Of a stretch of DNA of 64,000 nt, positions 29,501-37,124 are shown piece by piece. Location of the stretch: assembly GCA_963667845.2 (NCBI GenBank), contig CAXXVL010000002.1, forward strand, positions 2,752,001-2,816,000, in the 5' to 3' direction. The translations under genes were made by a program, and so were the position numbers. The stretch's first letter is position 1. The number at the start of each line of letters is the position of its first letter. The stretch comes from Smithellaceae bacterium. Its GTDB lineage: Bacteria; Desulfobacterota; Syntrophia; Syntrophales; Smithellaceae. Below the pieces are notes generated by a model that was not told the origin of the DNA, did no database searches, and saw only the letters and a list, made by a program, of their open reading frames with translations.

Positions 29501-29604
29501 TTCTTTACGCCGAGACTGCCGGACGCCTGGCAACCCGTGCCGCCGCAAATCAGCAAGTGTGAACGAAATACTTTCATTGATCCAAAATCCTCCTTAACAG
29601 TCAC
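26521..29604 (-). CDS. NuoF-like diaphorase subunit (HndC/HydB) fused to a GltD/NfnB-like FAD-NAD(P)H domain
   Basis: Trx-like 2Fe-2S, GRGGAGFPTG, NADEGDPGAFMDR, GGPSGG, CGKCTPCREG, then PCQHTCP, CGRVC, GGGPAG, GGGNSAIDAAR, YRR. Start GTG 29604 or ATG 29577. Confidence 0.92.
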   Translation of the reverse strand: MTVKEDFGSMKVFRSHLLICGGTGCQASGSLGVKNALLEEIVKRKLAEEIKVVETGCNGFCALGPIMVVYPEGVIYINLKPADMPELVEEHLIKGRVVERLLYREPGTDKIIPTMQDIPFFAHQELRVLKNRGLIDPEKIEEYIARDGYAGMAKALTEMTPEQIVQEMLDSGLRGRGGAGFPTGLKWKFAAGSKDDVKYVLCNADEGDPGAFMDRSVLEADPHAVLEGMVIAAKAIGSQHGYIYCRAEYPLAIHRLNVAIAQAKEAGLLGSDILGTGFDFDLEIYQGAGAFVCGEETALMTSIEGKRGMPRPRPPFPAVAGLWQKPSILNNVETLANVGQIILRGAKWYASVGTEKSKGTKVFALTGDVNNVGLVEVPMGTKLGTIVFDIGGGIPKGKKFKAAQLGGPSGGCIPMQHLNAPVDYEKVAELGAIMGSGGLIVMNEDKCAVDMARFFMDFCQDESCGKCTPCREGTKRMLDILTDITKGKGKAGDIELLEEMASVIKNAALCGLGQTAPNPVLSTLRYFKKEYEEHIYEHRCRATVCSAMYKSPCQHTCPIEMDIPSYIALVREGRFEDAYKILLQTNPFPSVCGRVCDHKCQSKCRRGNMDEPLAIKFLKRFVTDNASRPKTAAVPVTRKEKIAVIGGGPAGLTAARDLALRGYKVTVFEELNKAGGMLYWGIPSYRLPRTILQGEIDDITALGVEIRLNTRVGRDISFDQIEKDFDYFYLATGAHKSTKMGVTGEDLANVFGGVEFLRDFNNNEDKWLKGEKTLGKKVAVIGGGNSAIDAARVALRLGSDVTILYRRLRQDMPAAQEEIKAAEEEGIKIEYLVAPLKIDGAKGKVSSITCQRMTLGDFDNSGRKRPVPVAGSEFTLSVDAIVAAIGQVPDMSFVDKKIGVDINKWDCYTVGKGYTSRTTNPRYFAGGDAQTGPDTVIAAVGAGHQAADDIDAAIRVANHEPAYVKPALEEIIVPLVIDEESEETPQMVMPEMHHATRKMSFAEVELGFSREDAMKEACRCLRCDAAV

Positions 29605-29643
29605 CCCACGGAAGGACGAATTCCTGCGTGACTGAACATGTAT

Positions 29644-30027
29644 TTATTTGATAACTTCAGAACCCTTGGCCAGAACGAAGGGGGTTTGTATTTCCCCCGC
29701 CAGGACATGTCTTTTAAAGATCTGTCTCATTTTGTTAGGGTTGACATATTCATATTTGATCGGCTCGGCGTTCAGAACTTCGACGGTTACCAGGGGTTCA
29801 CGGCTACATAATCCCATACAGCCGGAGGTGGTAACCACGACATCATTTACTTTAGCAGCTTCGATCTCTTCCAGCAGCGTGTCCATCACTTCCTTGGCGC
29901 CGGATGCGATGCCGCAGGTTCCCATGTGAACGGTGACTTTGACGCGGCGGTCGCCGTCGCGCAGGGACATTTCCTTGTGCACCTTTTCTTTGATCTTTTT
30001 TAAATCAGCAATTGTTATTTTCGCCAT
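29644..30027 (-). CDS. hndB: Thioredoxin-like 2Fe-2S subunit (HndB/HydD)
   Basis: VHMGTCGIASGA, SGCMGLCSREP. Confidence 0.88.
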   Translation of the reverse strand: MAKITIADLKKIKEKVHKEMSLRDGDRRVKVTVHMGTCGIASGAKEVMDTLLEEIEAAKVNDVVVTTSGCMGLCSREPLVTVEVLNAEPIKYEYVNPNKMRQIFKRHVLAGEIQTPFVLAKGSEVIK

Positions 30028-30060
30028 GAGTGTATCCTCCGTTATGTATATTCTCGATGA

Positions 30061-30561
30061 TTAATTGTATTGACTCAAAACATCTTTGATCTTGGCGGGC
30101 TTGACGCGGCCGTGAACATCATTATCCACAACAACGACGGGTCCCAGTCCGCAGGCGCCCAGACAGCGGACGGATTCCAGGGTGAACATCCGGTCCGGAG
30201 TTGTTTCGCCTTCCGTAATGCCAAACTGTTTTTCAATCGCGTCGGCAAGTGCTTTGCCTCCGCGAACATAACAGGCTGTACCCAGGCAAACGCGAACGGT
30301 GTGCTTGCCGCGCGGGGTCATGGTGAAAAACGAATAAAAGGTAACAACGCCATAGACGCGGCTGAGCGGCAGATTCAAGCCGGCGGCTATTTTCTTCTGC
30401 ACCGACAAGGGCAGGTATTCAAGACACACCTGCGCTTCTTCCAGGACAGGAATCAGTCCCCCCGGCTGGCCCTTGTGCTTTTGGATGATGCTCGAGAGCT
30501 TTTCCACCTGCTCCGGCGTGAACTCTTTTAATAATTCTGTGTCTTCGGCTTTCATTTGCAT
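30061..30561 (-). CDS. hndA: NuoE-like 2Fe-2S subunit (HndA/HydC)
   Basis: VYGVVTFYSFF, VCLGTACYVRG, RCLGACGLGP. Confidence 0.92.
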   Translation of the reverse strand: MQMKAEDTELLKEFTPEQVEKLSSIIQKHKGQPGGLIPVLEEAQVCLEYLPLSVQKKIAAGLNLPLSRVYGVVTFYSFFTMTPRGKHTVRVCLGTACYVRGGKALADAIEKQFGITEGETTPDRMFTLESVRCLGACGLGPVVVVDNDVHGRVKPAKIKDVLSQYN

Positions 30562-30584
30562 TCCTCCTCGATCTTTGGGGCAAT

Positions 30585-31133
30585 CTATGCTTCCGGTTCG
30601 ATCTCGCTCAATCCTTCTTCAATAACGCCCCGGATATATTTAATTATCTCTGGATGGTTAATCGGTACATCCTCGATTTCTTTGCGGATTTCACGGGTGT
30701 CCATTCCAAACTGCCGGTCATTATGCCTGTGTTTATAAAAAAAATCAACCTGAGAATTAGAAATAATCAGGATTACGATTATGTTAATGATAGCACCCAG
30801 AGGTTGACGGTCCAGATGATGCAAACCAAACGTAGCCTTTACTACGGTGCCTGAATTTTCATGAGATTCAATCCGGAATGTTCCACCGGACCGCTCGGCC
30901 GCATCTTTCAGCAGCGGCAAGCCTAAGCCCACGCGCCGGACCGTCTTCGTCGTGAAAAAGGGGTCCAGGACTTTTTTAAGAACATCAGGACCCATGCCCT
31001 GACCATCATCCTTAATTTCCAGTGTCAGTAAATCATCTCGGGAGTCTTCATCAATGCTGATTTCAATAAGCGTCGCCCCGGCGCGAATGGAATTTTCAGC
31101 AATGTCCAGAATATGATCAGCCAGGGTAAGCAT
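30585..31133 (-). CDS. Stand-alone HATPase_c (GHKL) protein, hydrogenase-cluster type
   Basis: HILDIAENS, DDGQGM, DPFFTTK, GLGLPLL, HLDRQPLG; no DHp/HisKA domain. Confidence 0.85.
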   Translation of the reverse strand: MLTLADHILDIAENSIRAGATLIEISIDEDSRDDLLTLEIKDDGQGMGPDVLKKVLDPFFTTKTVRRVGLGLPLLKDAAERSGGTFRIESHENSGTVVKATFGLHHLDRQPLGAIINIIVILIISNSQVDFFYKHRHNDRQFGMDTREIRKEIEDVPINHPEIIKYIRGVIEEGLSEIEPEA

Positions 31134-31135
31134 GA

Positions 31136-31873
31136 CTACTCCAGGATGTGACGGCCGTTCTGTTTCAGAAGGGACATCTTCAATTCATTTAAGGTCGGTT
31201 CTTCGAGGAGAACCTGTGTAGTCGATGTGCCGATGTCCTTGATAAAATGCGCGTCGGAAGACGTCAAAAACGGATATCGGCTTAACTCGGCGTACCGGGT
31301 GCGGGCCTGCCGAAGGCCGGTTAATTTGGATATTTCCAGAGCGTCAAAATGGGCCTGATCGTCAATAAAACCCAGCTGGCTTAAGATGCTGAAACTTTCC
31401 CGGTCAATATGCGCCGGGATGGCCAGGCCTCTCAGCTGATGAATGGTACTGACGATTGAATCAATCGACAGGTCCGTTGCTCCGATCAACAATTGACTGT
31501 TCAGGCCCTCCACTTCGCCATGCTCGTTGACAATGGCCTGAACACCGAATCGGTTTTCATCGTTTTCTCCGAAGAGGTGCTGGTCAACAAGCGTCTGAAG
31601 TTGCAGAAGATCAGACAGCGTCTCAAAAAGAGCCAGCAAATGCACTTCTTCAGAGGTCGTGATTTCCATTGCCGGAATAATCTGAATGTTTTTACCTGCG
31701 GCGGCTGCCATAACGAAAGGAACGTTTGCGGATGCGTTATGATCGCTGATGGCGATGACGTCGATTTTCTTTTCTAATGCCCTTTGAATGAGAGCCTGCG
31801 GATGCATGTCCAGTTCGGCGCAAGGTGATAGGCAGGTATGGATATGAAGATCGCAATTATAAACTTTTAACAT
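31136..31873 (-). CDS. PHP-domain phosphoesterase
   Basis: DLHIHTCLSPC, SDHN, PAHIDR, SSDAH. Confidence 0.88.
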   Translation of the reverse strand: MLKVYNCDLHIHTCLSPCAELDMHPQALIQRALEKKIDVIAISDHNASANVPFVMAAAAGKNIQIIPAMEITTSEEVHLLALFETLSDLLQLQTLVDQHLFGENDENRFGVQAIVNEHGEVEGLNSQLLIGATDLSIDSIVSTIHQLRGLAIPAHIDRESFSILSQLGFIDDQAHFDALEISKLTGLRQARTRYAELSRYPFLTSSDAHFIKDIGTSTTQVLLEEPTLNELKMSLLKQNGRHILE

Positions 31874-31947
31874 CGGCTTTCACCGCCGGAAGCCATGACC
31901 ATTAACGCCGGACATATTCAGGATTGATGTTTTCGATCAATCGGCTT

Positions 31948-32283
31948 TTAAGCCGTCAGTAAATTATAGATTTTGCCCGATATTTCGAAAGCAGGCAAAT
32001 CAGATACCATGATCGGAATCTTCTCCGATTCGGCTTTTTCAAGCGTTTCCTGGGTTGGCTGACAGGAATTAATCAGAATGATCCCCGCATGCTCTTTAAG
32101 ACTGGCGACTGCTACAATATTCTGATGCACTTGACGGGTGATCCAGATGTAGCCCTCTTTGGAATTTCCCATGACGTCGCTGAGCAGGTCCCCGGTATAG
32201 CCCCCGGTGACTTCTTTATCCAGGGAATCTTTGCCGCATTTAACTTCCAATCCCAGCGCTTGTACTATTGCTTCAATTTTCAT
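31948..32283 (-). CDS. DRTGG-domain protein
   Basis: GGYTGDLLSDVMG, WITRQVHQNIVAVA. Confidence 0.85.
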   Translation of the reverse strand: MKIEAIVQALGLEVKCGKDSLDKEVTGGYTGDLLSDVMGNSKEGYIWITRQVHQNIVAVASLKEHAGIILINSCQPTQETLEKAESEKIPIMVSDLPAFEISGKIYNLLTA

Positions 32284-32306
32284 AATTGAACCCTTTTATG
32301 AAAAAG

Positions 32307-32777
32307 TTATGGTGTCAGAATCATCATTTTCAGATGAGTGCCTTTGCCGACTTCCGAATCGATGTGGAAAGTATCGGAGTAATTCTTAATGTTGCATAGT
32401 CCCATCCCCGCGCCGAAGCCCATTTCGCGAATTCTCTGGTCGGCGGTGGAGTAACCTTCCTGCATGGCCAGATCAATGTTGGGAATGCCGGGGCCCTCAT
32501 CGATGACTTCGATTTCCACCATACCCGGGTTGACCATGAGATTCACTACAGCTTTCTTGGCATACGATACGACGTTAATTTCCGCCTCATAAGAAACGAT
32601 AGCTGCTTTTCGGACAATGTCGCCGGGAATGCCTAACTTTTTGAGAATGGATTTAATGTTGGTGGATACAATACCTGCGGAATTGAAATTACCGCCTTCA
32701 ATATTAAAACTGCCCGAATACAGGTTTTGGTTAAGTTCGCCCACTGGTATTTTCGACTTTTGGCAAACAACCCACAA
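32307..32777 (-). CDS. RsbT/anti-sigma-factor-like Ser/Thr kinase
   Basis: YEAEINVV, DEGPGIPNIDLAMQEGYSTA, GFGAGMGL; true start may be GTG 32744. Confidence 0.87.
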   Translation of the reverse strand: MWVVCQKSKIPVGELNQNLYSGSFNIEGGNFNSAGIVSTNIKSILKKLGIPGDIVRKAAIVSYEAEINVVSYAKKAVVNLMVNPGMVEIEVIDEGPGIPNIDLAMQEGYSTADQRIREMGFGAGMGLCNIKNYSDTFHIDSEVGKGTHLKMMILTP

Positions 32778-33105
32778 TGCCCTTCAAATAAAGGCGGCCT
32801 GCCGTTTCAAATAGAATGTATTTTGTCGCAAGAATGGGGATTTTAAGTTCTCTGGCGAGCGCGATTGTCTCTGATGACGGCTTTTTGCCCCTAACCAGGA
32901 TAATAGCGGCAATGTCAAGCACATTGGCCGTTCGAATGACCTGAGTATTGGTCAGACCGGTCAAGAGCAGGCTGCCTGCTTTGGCAAAGGCAAGAACATC
33001 GCTCATCAAGTCGGCACCGAAGGCGGTTTTAACTTCCATGTCCATATTCTCTTCACCGACAATGATTTCCGCCTCCAGAATATCTTTTACATCGCGCAGT
33101 TTCAA
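32731..33105 (-). CDS. DRTGG-domain protein
   Basis: FGADLMSDVLAF, LLTGLTN, VRGKKP; TTG start. Confidence 0.85.
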   Translation of the reverse strand: MKLRDVKDILEAEIIVGEENMDMEVKTAFGADLMSDVLAFAKAGSLLLTGLTNTQVIRTANVLDIAAIILVRGKKPSSETIALARELKIPILATKYILFETAGRLYLKGIVGCLPKVENTSGRT

Positions 33106-33276
33106 AGGCTACTCCTCAATTAATCAGCAAAAATGGTTCTGTAACATTTTGGGAAAACATAATTTGCTGTCAATATCTTACTGAATTAGGGGCCTATCTA
33201 TCATGCGCGATGATTTGCTGTCAATAAGATAGTTTTCGACTTTTTTCTGTGGCAATGAAAGCGCTATTCGGGGTGG

Positions 33277-33304
33277 GTACAAGGTTCAAGGTACAAGGTT
33301 CAAG
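33277..33304. repeat. Heptamer tandem array (GTWCAAG x4)
   Basis: GTACAAG GTTCAAG GTACAAG GTTCAAG. Confidence 0.85.
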
Positions 33305-33322
33305 ATAAAAATCTTTTATACC

Positions 33323-33835
33323 TTATTCTTCATGAAGAATCATCCTGCTTTGTTTATTCTGCAGAATCTGCCGCCGGGGGAGCTTTATTCTGACCTTGGT
33401 ACCGGTCGGACCATTTTTGGTGTCATTATTGGACTCTATTGTTATATCTCCATGGTGGGCTTTAACGGCGGCATAGGCTGTCGGAAGGCCCAAACCTGTT
33501 CCGTCGCCCACAGGCTTGGTGGTAAAAAAAGGTGTAAAAAGAAAAGGAACATTTTCCGCAGCAATGCCTGTGCCCGAGTCTGCAATCTCGACGGTCACCT
33601 GCCACTCATCCCCCGTCAAGGTAATGGTCAGTAAACCCCCGTGCCGCATCGCCTCAAGTGCATTGTTCATTAGATCAAAAAAGGCGGTTACCATTTGTTC
33701 GTGGTCGATCCAGACAGTTCCATTTTCAACAGAGGATTTCAGTATTACGACAACCTGGTCATTGCGAGACAGTCTGGAAAGACTCTCTTCGATTATCTTG
33801 ACAATATTGGTTTCCCTGAACTTCAGACCCAACAA
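33323..33835 (-). CDS. Stand-alone histidine-kinase catalytic (HATPase_c) domain protein
   Basis: DLMNNALEAM N-box, DSGTGI, FTPFFTTKPVGDGTGLGL; no H-box; TTG start uncertain. Confidence 0.82.
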   Translation of the reverse strand: MLGLKFRETNIVKIIEESLSRLSRNDQVVVILKSSVENGTVWIDHEQMVTAFFDLMNNALEAMRHGGLLTITLTGDEWQVTVEIADSGTGIAAENVPFLFTPFFTTKPVGDGTGLGLPTAYAAVKAHHGDITIESNNDTKNGPTGTKVRIKLPRRQILQNKQSRMILHEE

Positions 33836-33872
33836 AATGATCTCTCCGTTAGTTCATCATTCCCGGCGCATC

Positions 33873-33914
33873 CTTGCACTTTGCACTTTGCACTTTGCAC
33901 CTTGCACCTTGAAT
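33873..33914. repeat. Heptamer tandem array (YTTGCAC x5 + CTTGAAT), inverted relative to 33277-33304
   Basis: CTTGCAC TTTGCAC TTTGCAC TTTGCAC CTTGCAC CTTGAAT. Confidence 0.85.
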
Positions 33915-33919
33915 CTTTT

Positions 33920-35095
33920 TCAGACTCTCTCCACCGTCACGATTTTATTCCGGGCGTTAAGATCGTTAACCAATTCCCGGATATAAACCATGCGCATCGG
34001 TTCACCGCGGATCAGGTCGGCGACCTGATTGGGATTGATGGCCGTGCCCACAATCAAATGAATATCGTCGGCTGCCAGAAAACAACGCGCCAAACGCGTC
34101 GCGGCATCATTGTCTTTGGGCAGATCATGAATCGTTTTCGCGCTGCGCATAATTTCGAGCGCCTGGCCGATGGTTAAGATGCCTTCTGTCACCAGGTTGA
34201 TGCCTTTGATCAACGCGGTAGGCGGCGAGCCTTTTTTCTTCGGCTCTTCACCGGTGCGCTTCCAGGGAGGAACCCATTCCACTTCCAGCTTTTCGTTGAG
34301 AATCCGCGCTGCCATCTGAGCTGTACTGCCGCCGCAGATGATTTTGTCCCCTTCTGCAGCCATCAGGCGGGAAACCGTAAATTCGTCCATGTTCCTGTTG
34401 GTCGGCGGTCCGGTCAGCACGCAGACGGAGACCGCCGGCCGGACTTTCATGCTGATCACAGTGGAATCGTCGCCGGGTTTGTCATTGTATAATTTCATGC
34501 AGGTTTTCGACAGCGCTTGGGTCAACTTCACGGTATCCACACCGGTCTGGACGAAACGCTGCACGGCGGCGGCCACGTTTTTCCATCCCCAGCCCATGCG
34601 ATAGATGCCGCCCAGACCCGCATGGGTATAGCCGTCGCTGATTAAGACCATGTAATCGTTTTCCATTAATTGAAAATGTGCTTCTCTGATGATTCTGTCT
34701 TTCACCTGGCGTTCTTCCAGGGGCAGGGCGACAATTGCGTTGTCCCGAATCAGGATCAAAGGCGGAGAATCAAACAAAACAAGGTGAGCGTCGCGTCCGT
34801 GATACACGATCAAAACGGCAAAGGTGGCGTAGGCCAGTTTGCGGACGGAACATTCCGGAAGCGTTTCGATCAGCGTCTGCATGACGTCTTCCACAGTTCC
34901 ATCCGCCTCAAACATCCGCGCGGCTATTTCAGCCGTCAGCGATGACAGAATGCTGGCTTTGACGCCGCTGCCCAGACCATCGGATAAAACGGCCACAAAT
35001 GAATCCGGTTTCGTGCGGATCATCACCGAGTCGCCGCAGAGTTCCTCGCCGGCCTTGTTGAGACTGGACCAGTTGCTTTCGACAAGTTGTCTCAC
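33920..35095 (-). CDS. SpoIIE/PP2C-type Ser/Thr phosphatase (HfsC-like)
   Basis: EELCGD, LSDGLGSGVKA, TLPECSVRKLAYATF, SDG, PGDDSTV; next to hydS. Confidence 0.9.
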   Translation of the reverse strand: MRQLVESNWSSLNKAGEELCGDSVMIRTKPDSFVAVLSDGLGSGVKASILSSLTAEIAARMFEADGTVEDVMQTLIETLPECSVRKLAYATFAVLIVYHGRDAHLVLFDSPPLILIRDNAIVALPLEERQVKDRIIREAHFQLMENDYMVLISDGYTHAGLGGIYRMGWGWKNVAAAVQRFVQTGVDTVKLTQALSKTCMKLYNDKPGDDSTVISMKVRPAVSVCVLTGPPTNRNMDEFTVSRLMAAEGDKIICGGSTAQMAARILNEKLEVEWVPPWKRTGEEPKKKGSPPTALIKGINLVTEGILTIGQALEIMRSAKTIHDLPKDNDAATRLARCFLAADDIHLIVGTAINPNQVADLIRGEPMRMVYIRELVNDLNARNKIVTVERV

Positions 35096-36810
35096 TTCGA
35101 TTCTTCCTCTTCCAGGACTTTTGCCAGATGCGAGACAATCATTTTGCTTTCCGCGGTGGTTTCCCCTAAGAGGTGGGCGATCTCGTGGGCCACACGCATC
35201 TGCTTGCGCACCACTTCCCGGGTTTGTTCCAGGGTTTGCGCCCGGAGTTCATGGAATTTCTGTTTTTCCGATTCATGCTCGGTAATATCGCGCATAATGG
35301 CAACCAGAAGCGATTGCCCTTCCACCCGGACGATGTTTTGTTCGGCAACCAGATGATCATTGAGACGCCTGATTTTTCCGATTACCGGTTTCCCCGTGTC
35401 CCGTACGGCGACGAAATCGTCATAAAGCGGGATCAGCTTGGAAAGGTGCTTGCCCTTGACGTCCGCCAGTAAACAGCCGAAGAGCTGTTCGGCCGAGGGA
35501 GACATGTCTTGAATGCCCAAATGATCGTCGAGAATAATGATGGAATTCGGTGACACGTCCATGACAACTTGCCTGAGCGATTCGGAACGGCTGCGCATAT
35601 AGGGAATGCACATGGTGACTTCCGCCATGCCGCGCAGCGTGGCGATTGCTTTTTCACGGCAGCTTCCATAACCACAGGCGCCGCAATTCAACTCGTCATC
35701 CGGCGTATACTTATTGACGCGCTTGAGGACATCTCTGATATCGGCTTCGCTGAATTCGGGAACCGGTTCTTTTTTGTCGGCGTAAGCACGTGATAGATCC
35801 GGCCACTTTTCACGGGGAATCGCCGCATAGGCCGGACGATGACGATGATAGTCGATAATTTTTTGTCGCGCCGCATAGATGCCGCCTTCGAGATCGGCCA
35901 TGGCCGGACCGTTAATGCAGCCGCCGGTGCACGCCATCAACTCTACCAGAGATGCATTGAGCTGACCGGCCCGGATATCGCCCAGGATATTGCGGCAGGT
36001 TTCCAGACCGCTCGCGACGATGAGTGCGTTATTCAGCATATCGGTGCTCAGTTGTGCAGTTCCAATCAGGCCGCCTTCAACAGGAAAAAGCCGTGCGTCC
36101 ACCTGAAGTGACGGTTCATCGTCGCTGTCGATTTTCTGCAAGAGGATGTCTTTTTCTTTAAACCAGTCGGCCAAACCCCGAAAAGTCAAAGCTGCCGATA
36201 TTACGCCCGCTTCCGACTCATCGAGTATTTCCAGCTTTTTGGCAATACACGGACCGATGAACACGATATACGCGTCAGACCCGTATTGCTGAGCAAGCAG
36301 CCGGCCATGCGCAATCATGGGTGAAACAATGGGGGCCAGGTAGCCGATGAGGTCCGGATAATATTTTTCAATGAGGTTGACAATCACGGGACAGGAGGAG
36401 GCGATCGCGGGCCGCTGCCCCGCTTTTTGCTCGATGTAGTCACGGTGCGCCAGTCCCACGATTTCGGCTCCAAGAGCCGTTTCCTGAGCCGCAAAAAAGC
36501 CCAACTGCTTCAGGGCTGTTTCCATTTCCGAGAAATGATGGAAACCGAAATAGGCCGGCGCGGAGGGTGCAACCGAGGCAATGACTTTCCGCCCGTCCCG
36601 GAGCGCTTGTTGCACATCGGGGATTGCGCTATGGACATCTTTGGCTTTCTGCGGACAGGTGCGAATGCAGGTTCCGCAGAGAATACACAACTCGGGCACC
36701 ACCTGGGCCTGGCCGTTCTGAACACGGATGGCCTTGACGTCGCAGTGACGCACGCAACGGTAGCAGTCGCGGCAGCGGGCCGGGTTGGTTATAATGACCG
36801 GTTCATTCAT
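35092..36810 (-). CDS. hydS: Sensory [FeFe]-hydrogenase with PAS domain (HydS/HfsB, group C)
   Basis: 2x4Fe-4S, variant H-cluster motifs ASSCP, GPCIAKKLE, ELMACTGGC, ELNCGACGY FeS domain, PAS, C-terminal KQMRVAHEIAHLLGETTAE. Confidence 0.9.
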   Translation of the reverse strand: MNEPVIITNPARCRDCYRCVRHCDVKAIRVQNGQAQVVPELCILCGTCIRTCPQKAKDVHSAIPDVQQALRDGRKVIASVAPSAPAYFGFHHFSEMETALKQLGFFAAQETALGAEIVGLAHRDYIEQKAGQRPAIASSCPVIVNLIEKYYPDLIGYLAPIVSPMIAHGRLLAQQYGSDAYIVFIGPCIAKKLEILDESEAGVISAALTFRGLADWFKEKDILLQKIDSDDEPSLQVDARLFPVEGGLIGTAQLSTDMLNNALIVASGLETCRNILGDIRAGQLNASLVELMACTGGCINGPAMADLEGGIYAARQKIIDYHRHRPAYAAIPREKWPDLSRAYADKKEPVPEFSEADIRDVLKRVNKYTPDDELNCGACGYGSCREKAIATLRGMAEVTMCIPYMRSRSESLRQVVMDVSPNSIIILDDHLGIQDMSPSAEQLFGCLLADVKGKHLSKLIPLYDDFVAVRDTGKPVIGKIRRLNDHLVAEQNIVRVEGQSLLVAIMRDITEHESEKQKFHELRAQTLEQTREVVRKQMRVAHEIAHLLGETTAESKMIVSHLAKVLEEEESK

Positions 36811-36844
36811 GACGATCCTTTACCTGCGTTTATCAAAAAAAGTG

Positions 36845-37123
36845 TCAATCTTTTTTGGGAGGCAGCAGCTTTTTGCTGTCCACCTGCCCCAGGATTTCTT
36901 TATAAAAAAACGATTCGGCCTCACGGGGTCGAATTCCGCTGAATTCACGGTCGCCCACGCGAACGGAAACACCTTTGGAGCAGGCGTCCATGCAGAAAGC
37001 GCCGACAATATCGACGAGGCCTTCGAGTTTCTCTTTTTCAATCAGACGGAATAGTTCGGACGCCAGTTCATCGGAGCCGCGCAAACTGCACGAACTGCCG
37101 ACACAAATCGTTATCAAAAGCAT
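36845..37123 (-). CDS. Thioredoxin-like 2Fe-2S protein (HfsA-like)
   Basis: ICVGSSCSLRGS, GAFCMDACSKGV. Confidence 0.85.
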   Translation of the reverse strand: MLLITICVGSSCSLRGSDELASELFRLIEKEKLEGLVDIVGAFCMDACSKGVSVRVGDREFSGIRPREAESFFYKEILGQVDSKKLLPPKKD

Positions 37124-37124
37124 A

